A DNA stretch of 64,000 nt from Lentisphaerae bacterium RIFOXYA12_64_32 (GTDB lineage Bacteria; Verrucomicrobiota; Lentisphaeria; Oligosphaerales; YB12-FULL-65-16): contig MHBL01000458.1 of NCBI GenBank assembly GCA_001803235.1, positions 23,972 to 87,971 on the forward strand, read 5' to 3'. A program made the translations under genes and the position numbers. This document shows, piece after piece, positions 17,046-26,089 of this stretch (within the stretch, counting starts at the first letter, position 1; the number at the start of each line of letters is the position of its first letter). The notes beneath the pieces are model-generated. The model did not search any database and had not been told where the DNA came from. It saw only the letters and a list, made by a program, of their open reading frames with translations.

Positions 17046-17200
17046 CAGGGCTGTTTCAAGATCTGGCGCCGCGTCTCGGAAGCCCACGCCTCCGCGCACA
17101 CCTGGTAGGGGCGGCCTGTCCTCAGGCCGCCCCCCCCGGCGTGGGGACACGCCGGGGGTACTCGCTGCACGCAGCGGTCACGAATCTTAAAACAGCCCTG
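17046..17200. mobile_element. 155-bp MITE-like element, family D copy 1, with a perfect 9-bp target-site duplication
   Basis: The termini are CAGGGCTGTTTCAAGAT...ATCTTAAAACAGCCCTG (16/17 inverted). AGAGACCAT is directly repeated at 17037-17045 and 17201-17209. A second copy of the same length, about 90% similar by eye, lies at 44977-45131. It has no coding capacity. Confidence 0.85.
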
Positions 17201-17426
17201 AGAGACCATCGGGATCCGAGATGGACGGCGGGAGCGTCTGGTTCGTCGACGGGGATGGGTGATCTGTGTCACCGTTTCTCTATATGCGCCCAGTCCCGCC
17301 GTAAGGCAAGGCGCGACAGATTCCTCTCCGGTGGCATTGCCGTGACCGGTGTGCCATCGTGGTCCGCCGTGACCGGATCTCCAACGACCTGTGGCCGGAA
17401 GCTGTCGGTCGTGTCGGGTCCGCACA

Positions 17427-18260
17427 TCACCCCCGGGCGCGCGTCTTCGCGGGGGACGTGTTGAAGTAGCGGCGAAAGGCGCGGATGAAGTTCTGGCTGT
17501 TCGAGTAGCCGCACTTTGCTGCCGTCTCCTTAACGCTGGCCGTTCTCCGGGCCAGCATCCCCTCTGCATGGTTCATGCGGGCCGACGTCTGGAACGTACG
17601 CGGTGACACGCCCGTGACGCCACGGAAGTAGTCCGTGAAACTCCGGCGGTTCATCCGGTTCATCTCGGCCAGGCGGTCAAGCCCCGGAAAGGCAAACGGC
17701 GGTTTCTGCAAGAGGGTTAAGGTTTCTTCGAACTCCGGCGAGACCGACGACGGCGGTTCCGTCGCGCCCGTCGTCCGAGCCGCCAGGAGGACGACGGCGA
17801 ACAGTTCCAGCAGCGCCGATCTTTCCAGGAGGGATTCAACCGCACCCTTTGGATTAAGACGCCGCTCGTGCATCCGGAGCAGTATCCCACGGAACCGCTT
17901 CCACCCCTTGCCGACGTCGAGAAACCGCGGCAGCCCGCGCGGCAGAACCCCGTCAATGCGAATTTTGACCGTGAAACTCCGGTAAGGATCCTTCTCGTCG
18001 GCACAAAACGAGTGGACCTCGTTGGGATAGACGAGGATCGCGGTGCGGGGCCTCAGGCGGTACGGCTTCCGGCCGACCACGCAGAGCGCCGTCCCGGACT
18101 CCGTCACGGTCAAATGCAGGAGTTGCCGGTGCACATGCAGGACGGTTGACTCACCGGGTCGGAACTGCACATACGTCATGGAGTCCAGGCTGGTTTCCCG
18201 GCTCAGAACCTGCAGAAGCTTCTGCTGCAGCTCCTCTTCGCCACCACCGACTGACCTCAT
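17427..18260 (-). CDS. AraC/XylS family transcriptional regulator (cupin-like N-domain plus HTH)
   Basis: This is the C-terminal 277 aa of the 17427..19211 ORF (MRSVGGGEEELQQKLL...). The tail FTDYFRGVTGVSPRTFQTSARMNHAEGMLARRTASVKETAAKCGYSNSQNFIRAFRRYF is a canonical AraC HTH. The ATG is at 18260..18258. The track ORF's upstream part is antisense to the 18396..19094 gene. Confidence 0.85.
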   Translation of the reverse strand: MRSVGGGEEELQQKLLQVLSRETSLDSMTYVQFRPGESTVLHVHRQLLHLTVTESGTALCVVGRKPYRLRPRTAILVYPNEVHSFCADEKDPYRSFTVKIRIDGVLPRGLPRFLDVGKGWKRFRGILLRMHERRLNPKGAVESLLERSALLELFAVVLLAARTTGATEPPSSVSPEFEETLTLLQKPPFAFPGLDRLAEMNRMNRRSFTDYFRGVTGVSPRTFQTSARMNHAEGMLARRTASVKETAAKCGYSNSQNFIRAFRRYFNTSPAKTRARG

Positions 18261-18293
18261 GGCGGTTCTTGACGGTCTCACGGCGCTATTCCT

Positions 18294-18327
18294 GATATGA
18301 TTATTCTTCCACCCGATATGATTATTC
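18294..18327. promoter_or_regulatory. two perfect 13-bp direct repeats GATATGATTATTC spaced 21 bp start-to-start (candidate AraC-type operator)
   Basis: The copies are at 18294-18306 and 18315-18327, in the AT-rich divergent region between the AraC gene (start 18260) and the pseudopilin-like gene (start 18396). TTGACC follows at 18330-18335. Confidence 0.45.
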
Positions 18328-18395
18328 CGTTGACCCCAAAAGTAGGCTAGAGTTACAGAAGAGCAAGCCGGTTCTCCGAAACGTCGAGGAGTCCC

Positions 18396-19094
18396 ATGAT
18401 ACCCGCTGTCTCGCGCTCTTGGCCCAGGCGCTGCTTCACGCTCATCGAGTTGCTGGTGGTCATTGCGATCATTGCGATCCTGGCCAGCATGCTCCTGCCC
18501 TCGCTGCGCAAGGCGAAGGACACGGCCAACCGCGGGGTGTGTCTTTCGAACATGAAGCAGATTGGGCTGGCGGTGTTCCAGTACGCCGACGCGAGTGACG
18601 AGTATCTGCCGGAAACCCTGAATACACCCCAGACGATCAACATCTTCGACTACCTTGACCCCTATCTGGGCGGCGCCGAGGCCTGCATCTGTCCGTCGTC
18701 GCGCAAGCTGACGGACCGCAAGAACTGGAACTACGCGTTCAACCAGTCGACGTTCGGATATCGCTACATCCGCTTCGGTTTCACCGCAGGCAGTTTCAGT
18801 TGTCCCGGCGGCACGTCCCCGACCAAGCTGAACCAGATCAGGAAGAACACCGAGCGGGTCGGATTCACCGACGGTATTGAGACGTGGTACCTGGGGCCGA
18901 ACTTCTGGAATCTGGCCGCCGGTCCCGGGCCGGGCGGCTCCTACTACTGCGTCGAACCCCGCCACAACATGGGGGCGAATCTCTGGTTCCACGACGGGCA
19001 CGTGCAGTGGTACCCCGGCACGTCGCCGCTCGGGGCCGCACATCCCTTCTGCTGCGCCGGTCCGATCGAGTTCTATTCGACCGTACTGCAGTGA
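18396..19094 (+). CDS. prepilin-type N-terminal cleavage/methylation domain protein with an H-X9-DG motif (type II secretion pseudopilin-like)
   Basis: [25 protein letters not shown] is the class III signal and hydrophobic helix. [14 protein letters not shown] near the C-terminus is the H-X9-DG motif. Confidence 0.85.
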   Translation: MIPAVSRSWPRRCFTLIELLVVIAIIAILASMLLPSLRKAKDTANRGVCLSNMKQIGLAVFQYADASDEYLPETLNTPQTINIFDYLDPYLGGAEACICPSSRKLTDRKNWNYAFNQSTFGYRYIRFGFTAGSFSCPGGTSPTKLNQIRKNTERVGFTDGIETWYLGPNFWNLAAGPGPGGSYYCVEPRHNMGANLWFHDGHVQWYPGTSPLGAAHPFCCAGPIEFYSTVLQ

Positions 19095-19209
19095 TGGGGC
19101 GCCCCGCCACACTGACCAACCGTCGGCGTCGCGCCACACCCCCGACCTCGCGCTGGCGAGTGCCGCGGACGCCCAGCGCGAGAAGACCTCAATAGCATTG
19201 GTGTGCAAC

Positions 19210-22200
19210 ATGACATTTCACTCTCTGCTCATGCCGTCGCTCCTCCTGATCCAGGCGGTCGCTGGCGCGGCTGAAAATGTGGTCACGGGGAGCACCGTCA
19301 CCGCCTCCATCAGTGCCGGGGCGCCCGGCGCCAAGTACGGCCCACAGGACGCGGTCGACGACACGCCGGGCACGTGGTGGGCGGCCGCGAACACACCTCC
19401 CCAGTGGCTGGAGATCCGGCTGCCGGCGCCGCGCACGATCGACACGCTCGTGGTGGAGAGCGCCGACAACCCCGCGCTTTACACCCATCCCGAGCATCTC
19501 GTCATCAGCTTCTCCGATGGCACGACCATAGACCAGGAGTTCCCGGATGACCGCGGCCCCGTCCTGGTCCGGTTCCCGGCGCGTCAGACCGAGTCCATAC
19601 GCGTCAGCGTCACCGGGGTTCACGATGCGGCCAAGACCTACCTTGGGCTGGCCAATGTCGCAGCGTTCAGCGATCCTGAGAAGCAGGTGCGAGTGAGTGT
19701 CCCACGAACCCGCGGTTGGCGGAAACCTGACCTCTCGGCCAAGGCCCGCCGTGAACACCCCTGTGTGTACGTCACCCCCGCCGATGTTCAGGCCGCCCGT
19801 GCGCGGGTCCAGACCGAGGCCTGGGCAAAGGCGCACGCGGCTGGCGTGGTCGCCGCCGCCAACAAGGCCCTCGAACGGCCCGACGACTGGTACCTGCAGA
19901 TGCGGCCGGGCAAGGACGCGTGCTTCGCCTATGGTTTCACAGGTTGCCCCATCTGCAAGGCGAGTTGGGGGACGTGGGGCGGTGCGCGCTGTTCCTGGGA
20001 CAACCCCGGCCACGTCACCTGCGCCGGCGGCCACGTGCTGCCTGACGCCGAGCATCCCGATCCGGGCACGGGCTACAAGAACCCCGATGGCCGCATCCAC
20101 TACATGGTCGGCTCCTGGAATGCCTGGGTGGTCGAGAAATTCCTCGACATGGCCGGCAGTCTGGCGGTGGCCTACTCGCTGACCGGCGACGCGAAGTACG
20201 CGGACAGGGCCGGGTTCATCCTCGACACACTGGCCGACATCTACCCGAGCTGTGACAAGGGCTCGTGGGACTACCCCTCGAACCCGCCCAGCGGCCGCTT
20301 GGACCGGCCGTGGTACCAGGTGGCGCGCGTGCTGGTCCCGCTCGTCGACGCCTACGACCAGGTCTGCGGCGATGCAGCACAGGACAAGCCGTCGGTGACC
20401 GCAGGGCTGAGCCGCCGCCAGAACATCGAGGAGAACATGTTCAAGAACGGCGCCTGGTACTGCTACGAGCAGTCCCTGCACGGCGGGCTGAACAACGGCG
20501 AGGCGGACTACATCCGTGGCGCGCTCGCGGTCGGATGCCTGCTGGGCATCGAGTACTACGTGCGCTGGGCCTACGACGGCCCGTACGGCATCCAAGCCCT
20601 GGTGCGCAACAACGTCTGCCGCGACGGCCGCTATTACGAAACGTCCGTCGGCTACGCGGACCATACCCGTGAGCTGTATCTGACCTTTGCCGGGCCGTTG
20701 TGGAACTACCGCAGCGCGAAGTACCCCGACGGCATCAATGTCTACGACGACCCGGTCTTCCGCTCCTTCTACCTCATGCCCGCGTCAAGCATCAGTTGCC
20801 TGGGCCACAGCCCACGCTTCGGGGACTGGAGTCCCGACGTCGTAAGGCTCCTACCGCCCAAAGTCCCGGCCGAACCGCTGGACGAGCACTTTGCCGAAGT
20901 GCTCTATGCGCGCTCGGTCTCGCCCGAAGCACGCACGGACTTCGGACGACTGCTCCTCTACCTGTGCCACGGCGACGTCACAAAGGCCCGGGCCACCGCG
21001 CCGAACCGCGATTGGCTCCTTTTCCACGCCGCGCCGCCGCCGCAGGGCGACTCAGCGCTGCCACCCTGGCTGGACCAGCGCCTGAATGCCACGAACTTCT
21101 TCGGCCAGAAGGGGCTGGCGATTCTCCGCACGCCCAACAGCCGGGCGGCGCAGGCAGCCCTCGTCCGGTTCGGTCCGTCCCTGAACCATGGCCATCGCGA
21201 CGATCTGAACCTCAACTACTTCGCGCTGGGTTACGAGTTGACCTACGACCTGGGCTACGGCCTCGGCTCGACGCACACCCAGGTCGGCTGGTCACATCAG
21301 ACCGCGTCGCACAACCTGGTGCTCGTGGACGAAACGTCCCAGGGCGCGAGCGACGCGGACGGCAGCGGCGGCAGCCTGTTCCTGATCGCCGGCCTGCCGG
21401 GGCTTCAGGTCGTCGACTGCGCCGCCGAGGCGACGTATGCGAGCCTCGGCGTCAAGGACTACCGCCGCGTCTGCGCCCTGATCGGCCAAGGCCCTGACAC
21501 ATACCTGCTTGACATCTTCCATGTCCGGGGCGGGAAGCAGCACGACTACATCTTTCATTCGCTCTCGACGAACGTGGACTTCGATGGCGTCCAGTTCGGC
21601 GACCCCGCGCCCGGATCCCTGGCCGGCCCCGACATTGCCTGGGGTGACAAACAGGGCAACGACGCCGACATCATCGGCTACCCCAACAAGCCCTACTGGA
21701 ACCCGCCGCCCGGCAACGGTCTGGGGTTCCTCATGGCACCGCAGCGTGCCCAGGCCGGAGGCCCCTTCAGTGCGACCTGGCACATCGGCGGCGAGGACTG
21801 CCACGTGAAAATGGCCCTGCTCCCGGAACCGGGCACGGAACTGATCACGGCCCAAGCCCCTGGCATCTACCCCGAGAAGCAGGGCGCCTACGGCAACACC
21901 CTGGGTCTGCCCAGCGCACGGTACGTGCTGGCCCGCCGCAAGGCGGACGCGGACCTGGAGAGCACATACGTGGCGGTCTACGAGCCCTACGCCAGGCCGC
22001 TGCCGTCGGGACGTGTGGACTACGAAGAACTGGCGCGCGTGGCAACCTGCACCGCGGGCGAGATCAAGCCCGTCCCGTCCGTGTATGTGCTTCTGTTCAA
22101 AGCTACAGGGCCAGGCGACGAAATGCGCCTGCCGTTGAACGTGGCCACAAAGGGCCGGTACACCCTCAGTGCCGCCGTGTATGGCTCGCCCAAGTACGGC

Positions 22201-23352
22201 GAGGCGCAGGCGAGCCTGGACGGCACGGCGTTCGAGAAACTGCTCAACGAGGGGCAAGTGGTCAACGCCGGCAAGAGCCAGGTGTTCGTCTTGGGCGCCC
22301 GCGACCTTGAGCCTGGCCCGCACACGCTGACGCTGAAGGTGGTCACGCCGATCGAGGCCGACTACTGGATCGGCCTGCAGTACGTGGCCCTGAGCCGGGA
22401 CAACGGCGGCCCCGCACCGGATCAGCCGACGCGGCCATTCCTGAAAACGGCAACCCGTCTGACCACGTCCGCCGGCGCCACGGCGGTGCGCGTGGAACAC
22501 GTTTCCGGCCGTGTGGATCACCTGCTCTACACCCCGCAACCGGGTCCAGAGATCGCCTGTGGCGACGGCCCGGCCCTGACCAGCAACGGCTGCGTTGCTC
22601 GCGTCAGCACCCGTGACGGCAAGACCACGGACGTCGACCTCGTTGGCGGCAGCCGGCTCAACACGCCCGATCTGCAGGTGCAGATGGCCCCGGACTCGTT
22701 CAGTGGCACGCTGACCGGGGTGGACTACGCGCGCTGCACCGTCTCGACCTCCGTCCGTCTGCCCGCGGACGGACGCCTCAACGGCGCGGTGGTGTACTTC
22801 GGCAATCCGAGCTACTCGCGCAACACGGCCTACCGCATCGCCGGCGTCAGCTCCGGCCCGGACGGCTCGGTCATCGACCTGGGCCGGACATCTCTGACCC
22901 TGGGGTTCGCCGACCTGGCCGACGAGCCCCAAGACGAGCATACGTTGACGACTCTCAACCCGCACGAGTACAGCCGGGCACTGCGGCGCCCGGACAGTCG
23001 CTTCTTTCACGGCAAGCTGCTGGCCACCGCCGACGGCAAGGTGCAGACCACCATTCACGCCACCACCTTCGGCCAGCCATTCGTCATCAAAGTCGAGTCC
23101 ACGCGGGACTTGCATAAGGGAATGCGCGTGTTCTACTACGACATTCGCCCGGGCGACAGCTTCAGGATCCTCAATACCTGCTCACTGCAGACGGCAGAGG
23201 ACGGCACGGCACGCCTGACCGGCACGGCCGATGTGACGCTGCGGGCGGGCGGCGAACCAGTTGCGGTGCTGCAGGGCGGCATTACCGCACCGCGGAAGAC
23301 CGACAACATTCCCTGGCAGCCCGGCGGTTGCCAGGTCAGATTGACCAGATGA
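19210..23352 (+). CDS. secreted polysaccharide-lyase-like protein: F5/8 type C (discoidin) domain plus heparinase II/III-like domain, with a long C-terminal extension
   Basis: This lies in the 18877..23352 ORF. ATG 19210 gives MTFHSLLMPSLLLIQAVAGAAE. A discoidin-like stretch follows (PQDAVDDTPGTWWAAAN...PQWLEIRLPAP). HGHRDDLNLNYFALGYELTYDLGYG...SHNLVLVDE matches the heparinase II/III C-domain pattern. Confidence 0.75.
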   Translation: MTFHSLLMPSLLLIQAVAGAAENVVTGSTVTASISAGAPGAKYGPQDAVDDTPGTWWAAANTPPQWLEIRLPAPRTIDTLVVESADNPALYTHPEHLVISFSDGTTIDQEFPDDRGPVLVRFPARQTESIRVSVTGVHDAAKTYLGLANVAAFSDPEKQVRVSVPRTRGWRKPDLSAKARREHPCVYVTPADVQAARARVQTEAWAKAHAAGVVAAANKALERPDDWYLQMRPGKDACFAYGFTGCPICKASWGTWGGARCSWDNPGHVTCAGGHVLPDAEHPDPGTGYKNPDGRIHYMVGSWNAWVVEKFLDMAGSLAVAYSLTGDAKYADRAGFILDTLADIYPSCDKGSWDYPSNPPSGRLDRPWYQVARVLVPLVDAYDQVCGDAAQDKPSVTAGLSRRQNIEENMFKNGAWYCYEQSLHGGLNNGEADYIRGALAVGCLLGIEYYVRWAYDGPYGIQALVRNNVCRDGRYYETSVGYADHTRELYLTFAGPLWNYRSAKYPDGINVYDDPVFRSFYLMPASSISCLGHSPRFGDWSPDVVRLLPPKVPAEPLDEHFAEVLYARSVSPEARTDFGRLLLYLCHGDVTKARATAPNRDWLLFHAAPPPQGDSALPPWLDQRLNATNFFGQKGLAILRTPNSRAAQAALVRFGPSLNHGHRDDLNLNYFALGYELTYDLGYGLGSTHTQVGWSHQTASHNLVLVDETSQGASDADGSGGSLFLIAGLPGLQVVDCAAEATYASLGVKDYRRVCALIGQGPDTYLLDIFHVRGGKQHDYIFHSLSTNVDFDGVQFGDPAPGSLAGPDIAWGDKQGNDADIIGYPNKPYWNPPPGNGLGFLMAPQRAQAGGPFSATWHIGGEDCHVKMALLPEPGTELITAQAPGIYPEKQGAYGNTLGLPSARYVLARRKADADLESTYVAVYEPYARPLPSGRVDYEELARVATCTAGEIKPVPSVYVLLFKATGPGDEMRLPLNVATKGRYTLSAAVYGSPKYGEAQASLDGTAFEKLLNEGQVVNAGKSQVFVLGARDLEPGPHTLTLKVVTPIEADYWIGLQYVALSRDNGGPAPDQPTRPFLKTATRLTTSAGATAVRVEHVSGRVDHLLYTPQPGPEIACGDGPALTSNGCVARVSTRDGKTTDVDLVGGSRLNTPDLQVQMAPDSFSGTLTGVDYARCTVSTSVRLPADGRLNGAVVYFGNPSYSRNTAYRIAGVSSGPDGSVIDLGRTSLTLGFADLADEPQDEHTLTTLNPHEYSRALRRPDSRFFHGKLLATADGKVQTTIHATTFGQPFVIKVESTRDLHKGMRVFYYDIRPGDSFRILNTCSLQTAEDGTARLTGTADVTLRAGGEPVAVLQGGITAPRKTDNIPWQPGGCQVRLTR

Positions 23353-23428
23353 ACTGGGAGCGGACAGGGGCTCGGCGCGTCTCGCGCCGAAGCGGGGTGC
23401 GCCGGCCGGTCCCCGGCCGAGCGCCTCG

Positions 23429-23490
23429 GGCCGGGACGGCCCCGAGTACTCTGCTGCGGTCCCGGAGGTCCCGCGCCACTGCCGCTGGGC
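23429..23490. repeat. intergenic repeat family C, copy 2
   Basis: GGCCGGGACGGCCCCGAGTACTCTGCTGCGGTCCCGGAGGTCCCGCGCCACTGCCG is near-identical to 1899-1960. It lies between the lyase stop and the aminotransferase start. Confidence 0.7.
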
Positions 23491-23524
23491 GGGCTGCCCA
23501 CCCAAAGTATCTATACGGAGGGCA

Positions 23525-24763
23525 ATGCACATGCCACGGACAACCAAGAACCGGAAATGGTTCGATCGGCTCCAGAACATCATGCCGTTCGGCTCGAGCA
23601 CCTGTTCGAAGAAGGCGCTCTACCCGCCGGACGAACCGACGGTCATTGTGAAGGGCAAGGGCTGCCGGGTCTGGGACGCGGACGGCAAGGAGTACATCGA
23701 CTTCCGCAACTCGCTCGGGCCCATCACGCTCGGGTACCAGTTTCCGGCCGTGGACAAGGCCATCCGCAAACAACTCCGCAGCGGCATCATCTTCGGCCAC
23801 CCGCACCCGCTCGAGTGCGAAGTCGCCGAAATGCTCTGCGACGTCATCCCGTGCGCCGAGCAGGCGCGGTTCCTGAAGACGGGCGGCGAGGCGGCCGCCG
23901 CCTGCATCCGGCTGGCGCGGCACTTCACCGGCCGCGAGCACGTCGTGCAGATCGGCTACAACGGCTGGATCAACAGCCTCGCACCCGGTGGGCGCGTGCT
24001 GCCGGGGCAGGTTGCGACGTCCGCACCGCCCGGCGTGCCGGCCGGCCTGGCTGCGGTCCATCACGCCTGTGGCTGGAACGACATCGACGGGCTGCGCCGC
24101 CTTTTCGCGGCGCACCCGGGCCAGATTGCCGCTGTCGTCATCGCCTCGGCGTATCACTCGGCAACCGACGGGGCGACGTTCTACCCGGCAGTGCGTGAAC
24201 TGACCCGGCAAGAAGGCGCACTGCTGATCTTCGACGAGATCGTGACCGGGTTCCGGCTCGCCATCGGCGGCGTGCAGGAGTACTTCAAGGTCACGCCCGA
24301 CCTGGCGGTGTTCGCGAAAGGCATTGCCAACGGCATGCCGCTGGCCGCGTACGTCGGCCGGCGCGACGTCATGAGCAAGCTCAGCGAAGTCATTGTCTCG
24401 TCGACGTACGGCGGTGAGACGCTTTCGCTGGCAGCGGCCAAGGCGGCGATCACCGTGTACCGTACCGAGAACGTCATCGCGCACCTCTGGCGGCAGGGCG
24501 AGAAACTGTGCAAGGGTCTGGACACGCTCTTTGCCCAGCACCATGTGCCGGTCGAAATGGCCGGGTACCCGCCCTGCGCGACACTGCAACGCAGACCAGA
24601 TGCGCCCGCCGACACCATGGAACGCCTCTTCCGCGCCGCATACCACAACGGCTTGTCCATCTACAACAACCTCTACATCAACTACAGTCACACCGATGCC
24701 GACATTGACGAAGCCTTGGCGCGCTGGGAGAGAGCCTGCCGGGATCTCGCATCGCGATCGTAG
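23525..24763 (+). CDS. class III PLP-dependent aminotransferase (glutamate-1-semialdehyde aminomutase-like)
   Basis: GCRVWDADGKEYIDF, FLKTGGEAAAACIRLAR, LIFDEIVTGFRLAIGG and AVFAKGIANGMPLAAYVGR (the Schiff-base Lys context) are typical class III blocks. Confidence 0.8.
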   Translation: MHMPRTTKNRKWFDRLQNIMPFGSSTCSKKALYPPDEPTVIVKGKGCRVWDADGKEYIDFRNSLGPITLGYQFPAVDKAIRKQLRSGIIFGHPHPLECEVAEMLCDVIPCAEQARFLKTGGEAAAACIRLARHFTGREHVVQIGYNGWINSLAPGGRVLPGQVATSAPPGVPAGLAAVHHACGWNDIDGLRRLFAAHPGQIAAVVIASAYHSATDGATFYPAVRELTRQEGALLIFDEIVTGFRLAIGGVQEYFKVTPDLAVFAKGIANGMPLAAYVGRRDVMSKLSEVIVSSTYGGETLSLAAAKAAITVYRTENVIAHLWRQGEKLCKGLDTLFAQHHVPVEMAGYPPCATLQRRPDAPADTMERLFRAAYHNGLSIYNNLYINYSHTDADIDEALARWERACRDLASRS

Positions 24764-24993
24764 CACGGCGAATGACGGATCGAGGGACCCCCGGCCTGCC
24801 CCTGCGCCGTGGTGAAGGTGCGTTCCGAGGTGCCGTGCGACTGCAGTGCCCCGGACCAACGCACCAACACACATGGCGGAGAGGCCCAGCCTGGGGACAG
24901 GCAGGCCTCCCGGGCGCCACAAGGCTGCTCGCACAAACAGCCCTGCTTTCCCCTCGACAAGGTTAAGATAACGACTATTGTGAAACGGCTAGC

Positions 24994-25728
24994 ATGATTA
25001 TCGACGTTCACACACACTACTGCAGAGACATGGTGAGACTGGTCGGGTCGGCGCTTGACAACGGCATCGACCGCATCTGTGTCTCCTCGCTTGGGTTGTC
25101 GTACCTGACGAATCCGACCCCCGACCAGATCCGGGAGTGCAATGACCAGACCCTGGCCAGCATGGCGCAGTACCCGGACGCCGTCGTCGGCTTCTGTTTC
25201 CTGAACCCTCTGCACGAGCCGGACTTCTCGCTGGCGGAACTGCACCGCTGCGTCAAGGCCGGCATGCGCGGCATCAAGCTCTGGGTCGCCACCGTGGCAT
25301 CCGACCCGCGCCTCGACCCGATTGCCCGCGAAGCCATCGCCTTGGACATTCCGCTGCTGCACCACTCGTTCGTCAAAGTCACGGGCAACATGCCGGGCGA
25401 ATCGACGCCGGCCGACATTGCGGACCTCGCACGGCGGCACCCGCGACTGAACCTCATCATGGCACACTTCACCGGCAACGGCCAGCGCGGCATTCTCGAG
25501 ATCCAGCCGTACCCGAACGTGTTCGCGGACTCGTCCGGTGGCTATCCCTGTACTGGAATCACCGAGTTTACCGTGCGCACGCTCGGGCCGGAACGGATCC
25601 TGTTCGGTTCCGACGCACCCGGCCGTAACTACGCGGTCCAGTTCGCCCGGGTCCTCGGTGCCGTCCCTGAAGGCCCGGCCCGGAACGCCATCCTCGGCGA
25701 CACGGCGCAGCGCCTGCTGCGACTGTGA
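24994..25728 (+). CDS. Amidohydro_2-type TIM-barrel metal-dependent hydrolase
   Basis: The protein starts MIIDVHTHY (a DxHxH first-strand motif) and ends ...ILFGSDAPG...ILGDTAQRLLRL, typical of the family. Confidence 0.7.
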   Translation: MIIDVHTHYCRDMVRLVGSALDNGIDRICVSSLGLSYLTNPTPDQIRECNDQTLASMAQYPDAVVGFCFLNPLHEPDFSLAELHRCVKAGMRGIKLWVATVASDPRLDPIAREAIALDIPLLHHSFVKVTGNMPGESTPADIADLARRHPRLNLIMAHFTGNGQRGILEIQPYPNVFADSSGGYPCTGITEFTVRTLGPERILFGSDAPGRNYAVQFARVLGAVPEGPARNAILGDTAQRLLRL

Positions 25729-26089
25729 AGCGCCACTCGGAGCGTCACCCCCACGGCACGGTGACACGGAGTGGTGAACTCTCCACTCCCCAATGTTGCC
25801 GACCGCCAGGACAGGCGTCAACTCCTCGCTTACTGCTCGTCTCACAATAGTCTTGATGTCTCGGTTGAGATCGGCGGGCAAGAATGGCGAAAGCAGGCCG
25901 ATTCATGCCGTCTGTGCTCGGGCAAGATTTGGTATCGGTTCTTATCCTACTCAAGTCAGGGGATCCACAGTAGGGTTACACCCCATAGCAAAGCGTCAGT
26001 TCATCGTGTAAACTCCCATCAAGTCGTAGTTGCGGGCATGCTACCTACCTCAACCATCTTCTCACCCATAAACCCAGACCGCCTCAATC

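Noticed and set aside
18261-19211. Upstream 317 codons of the 17427..19211 ORF, and the 18877..19209 extension of the lyase ORF
   Set aside because: The first is antisense to the well-supported pseudopilin-like gene. The second precedes a convincing signal peptide at ATG 19210 and overlaps the end of the pseudopilin gene.
19189-25881. Minus-strand ORFs 19189..20664, 21292..23115, 23336..24934 and 24688..25881
   Set aside because: They are antisense shadows of the lyase, aminotransferase and amidohydrolase genes, with no recognisable domains and an extreme Arg/Gly/Asp/Val bias.
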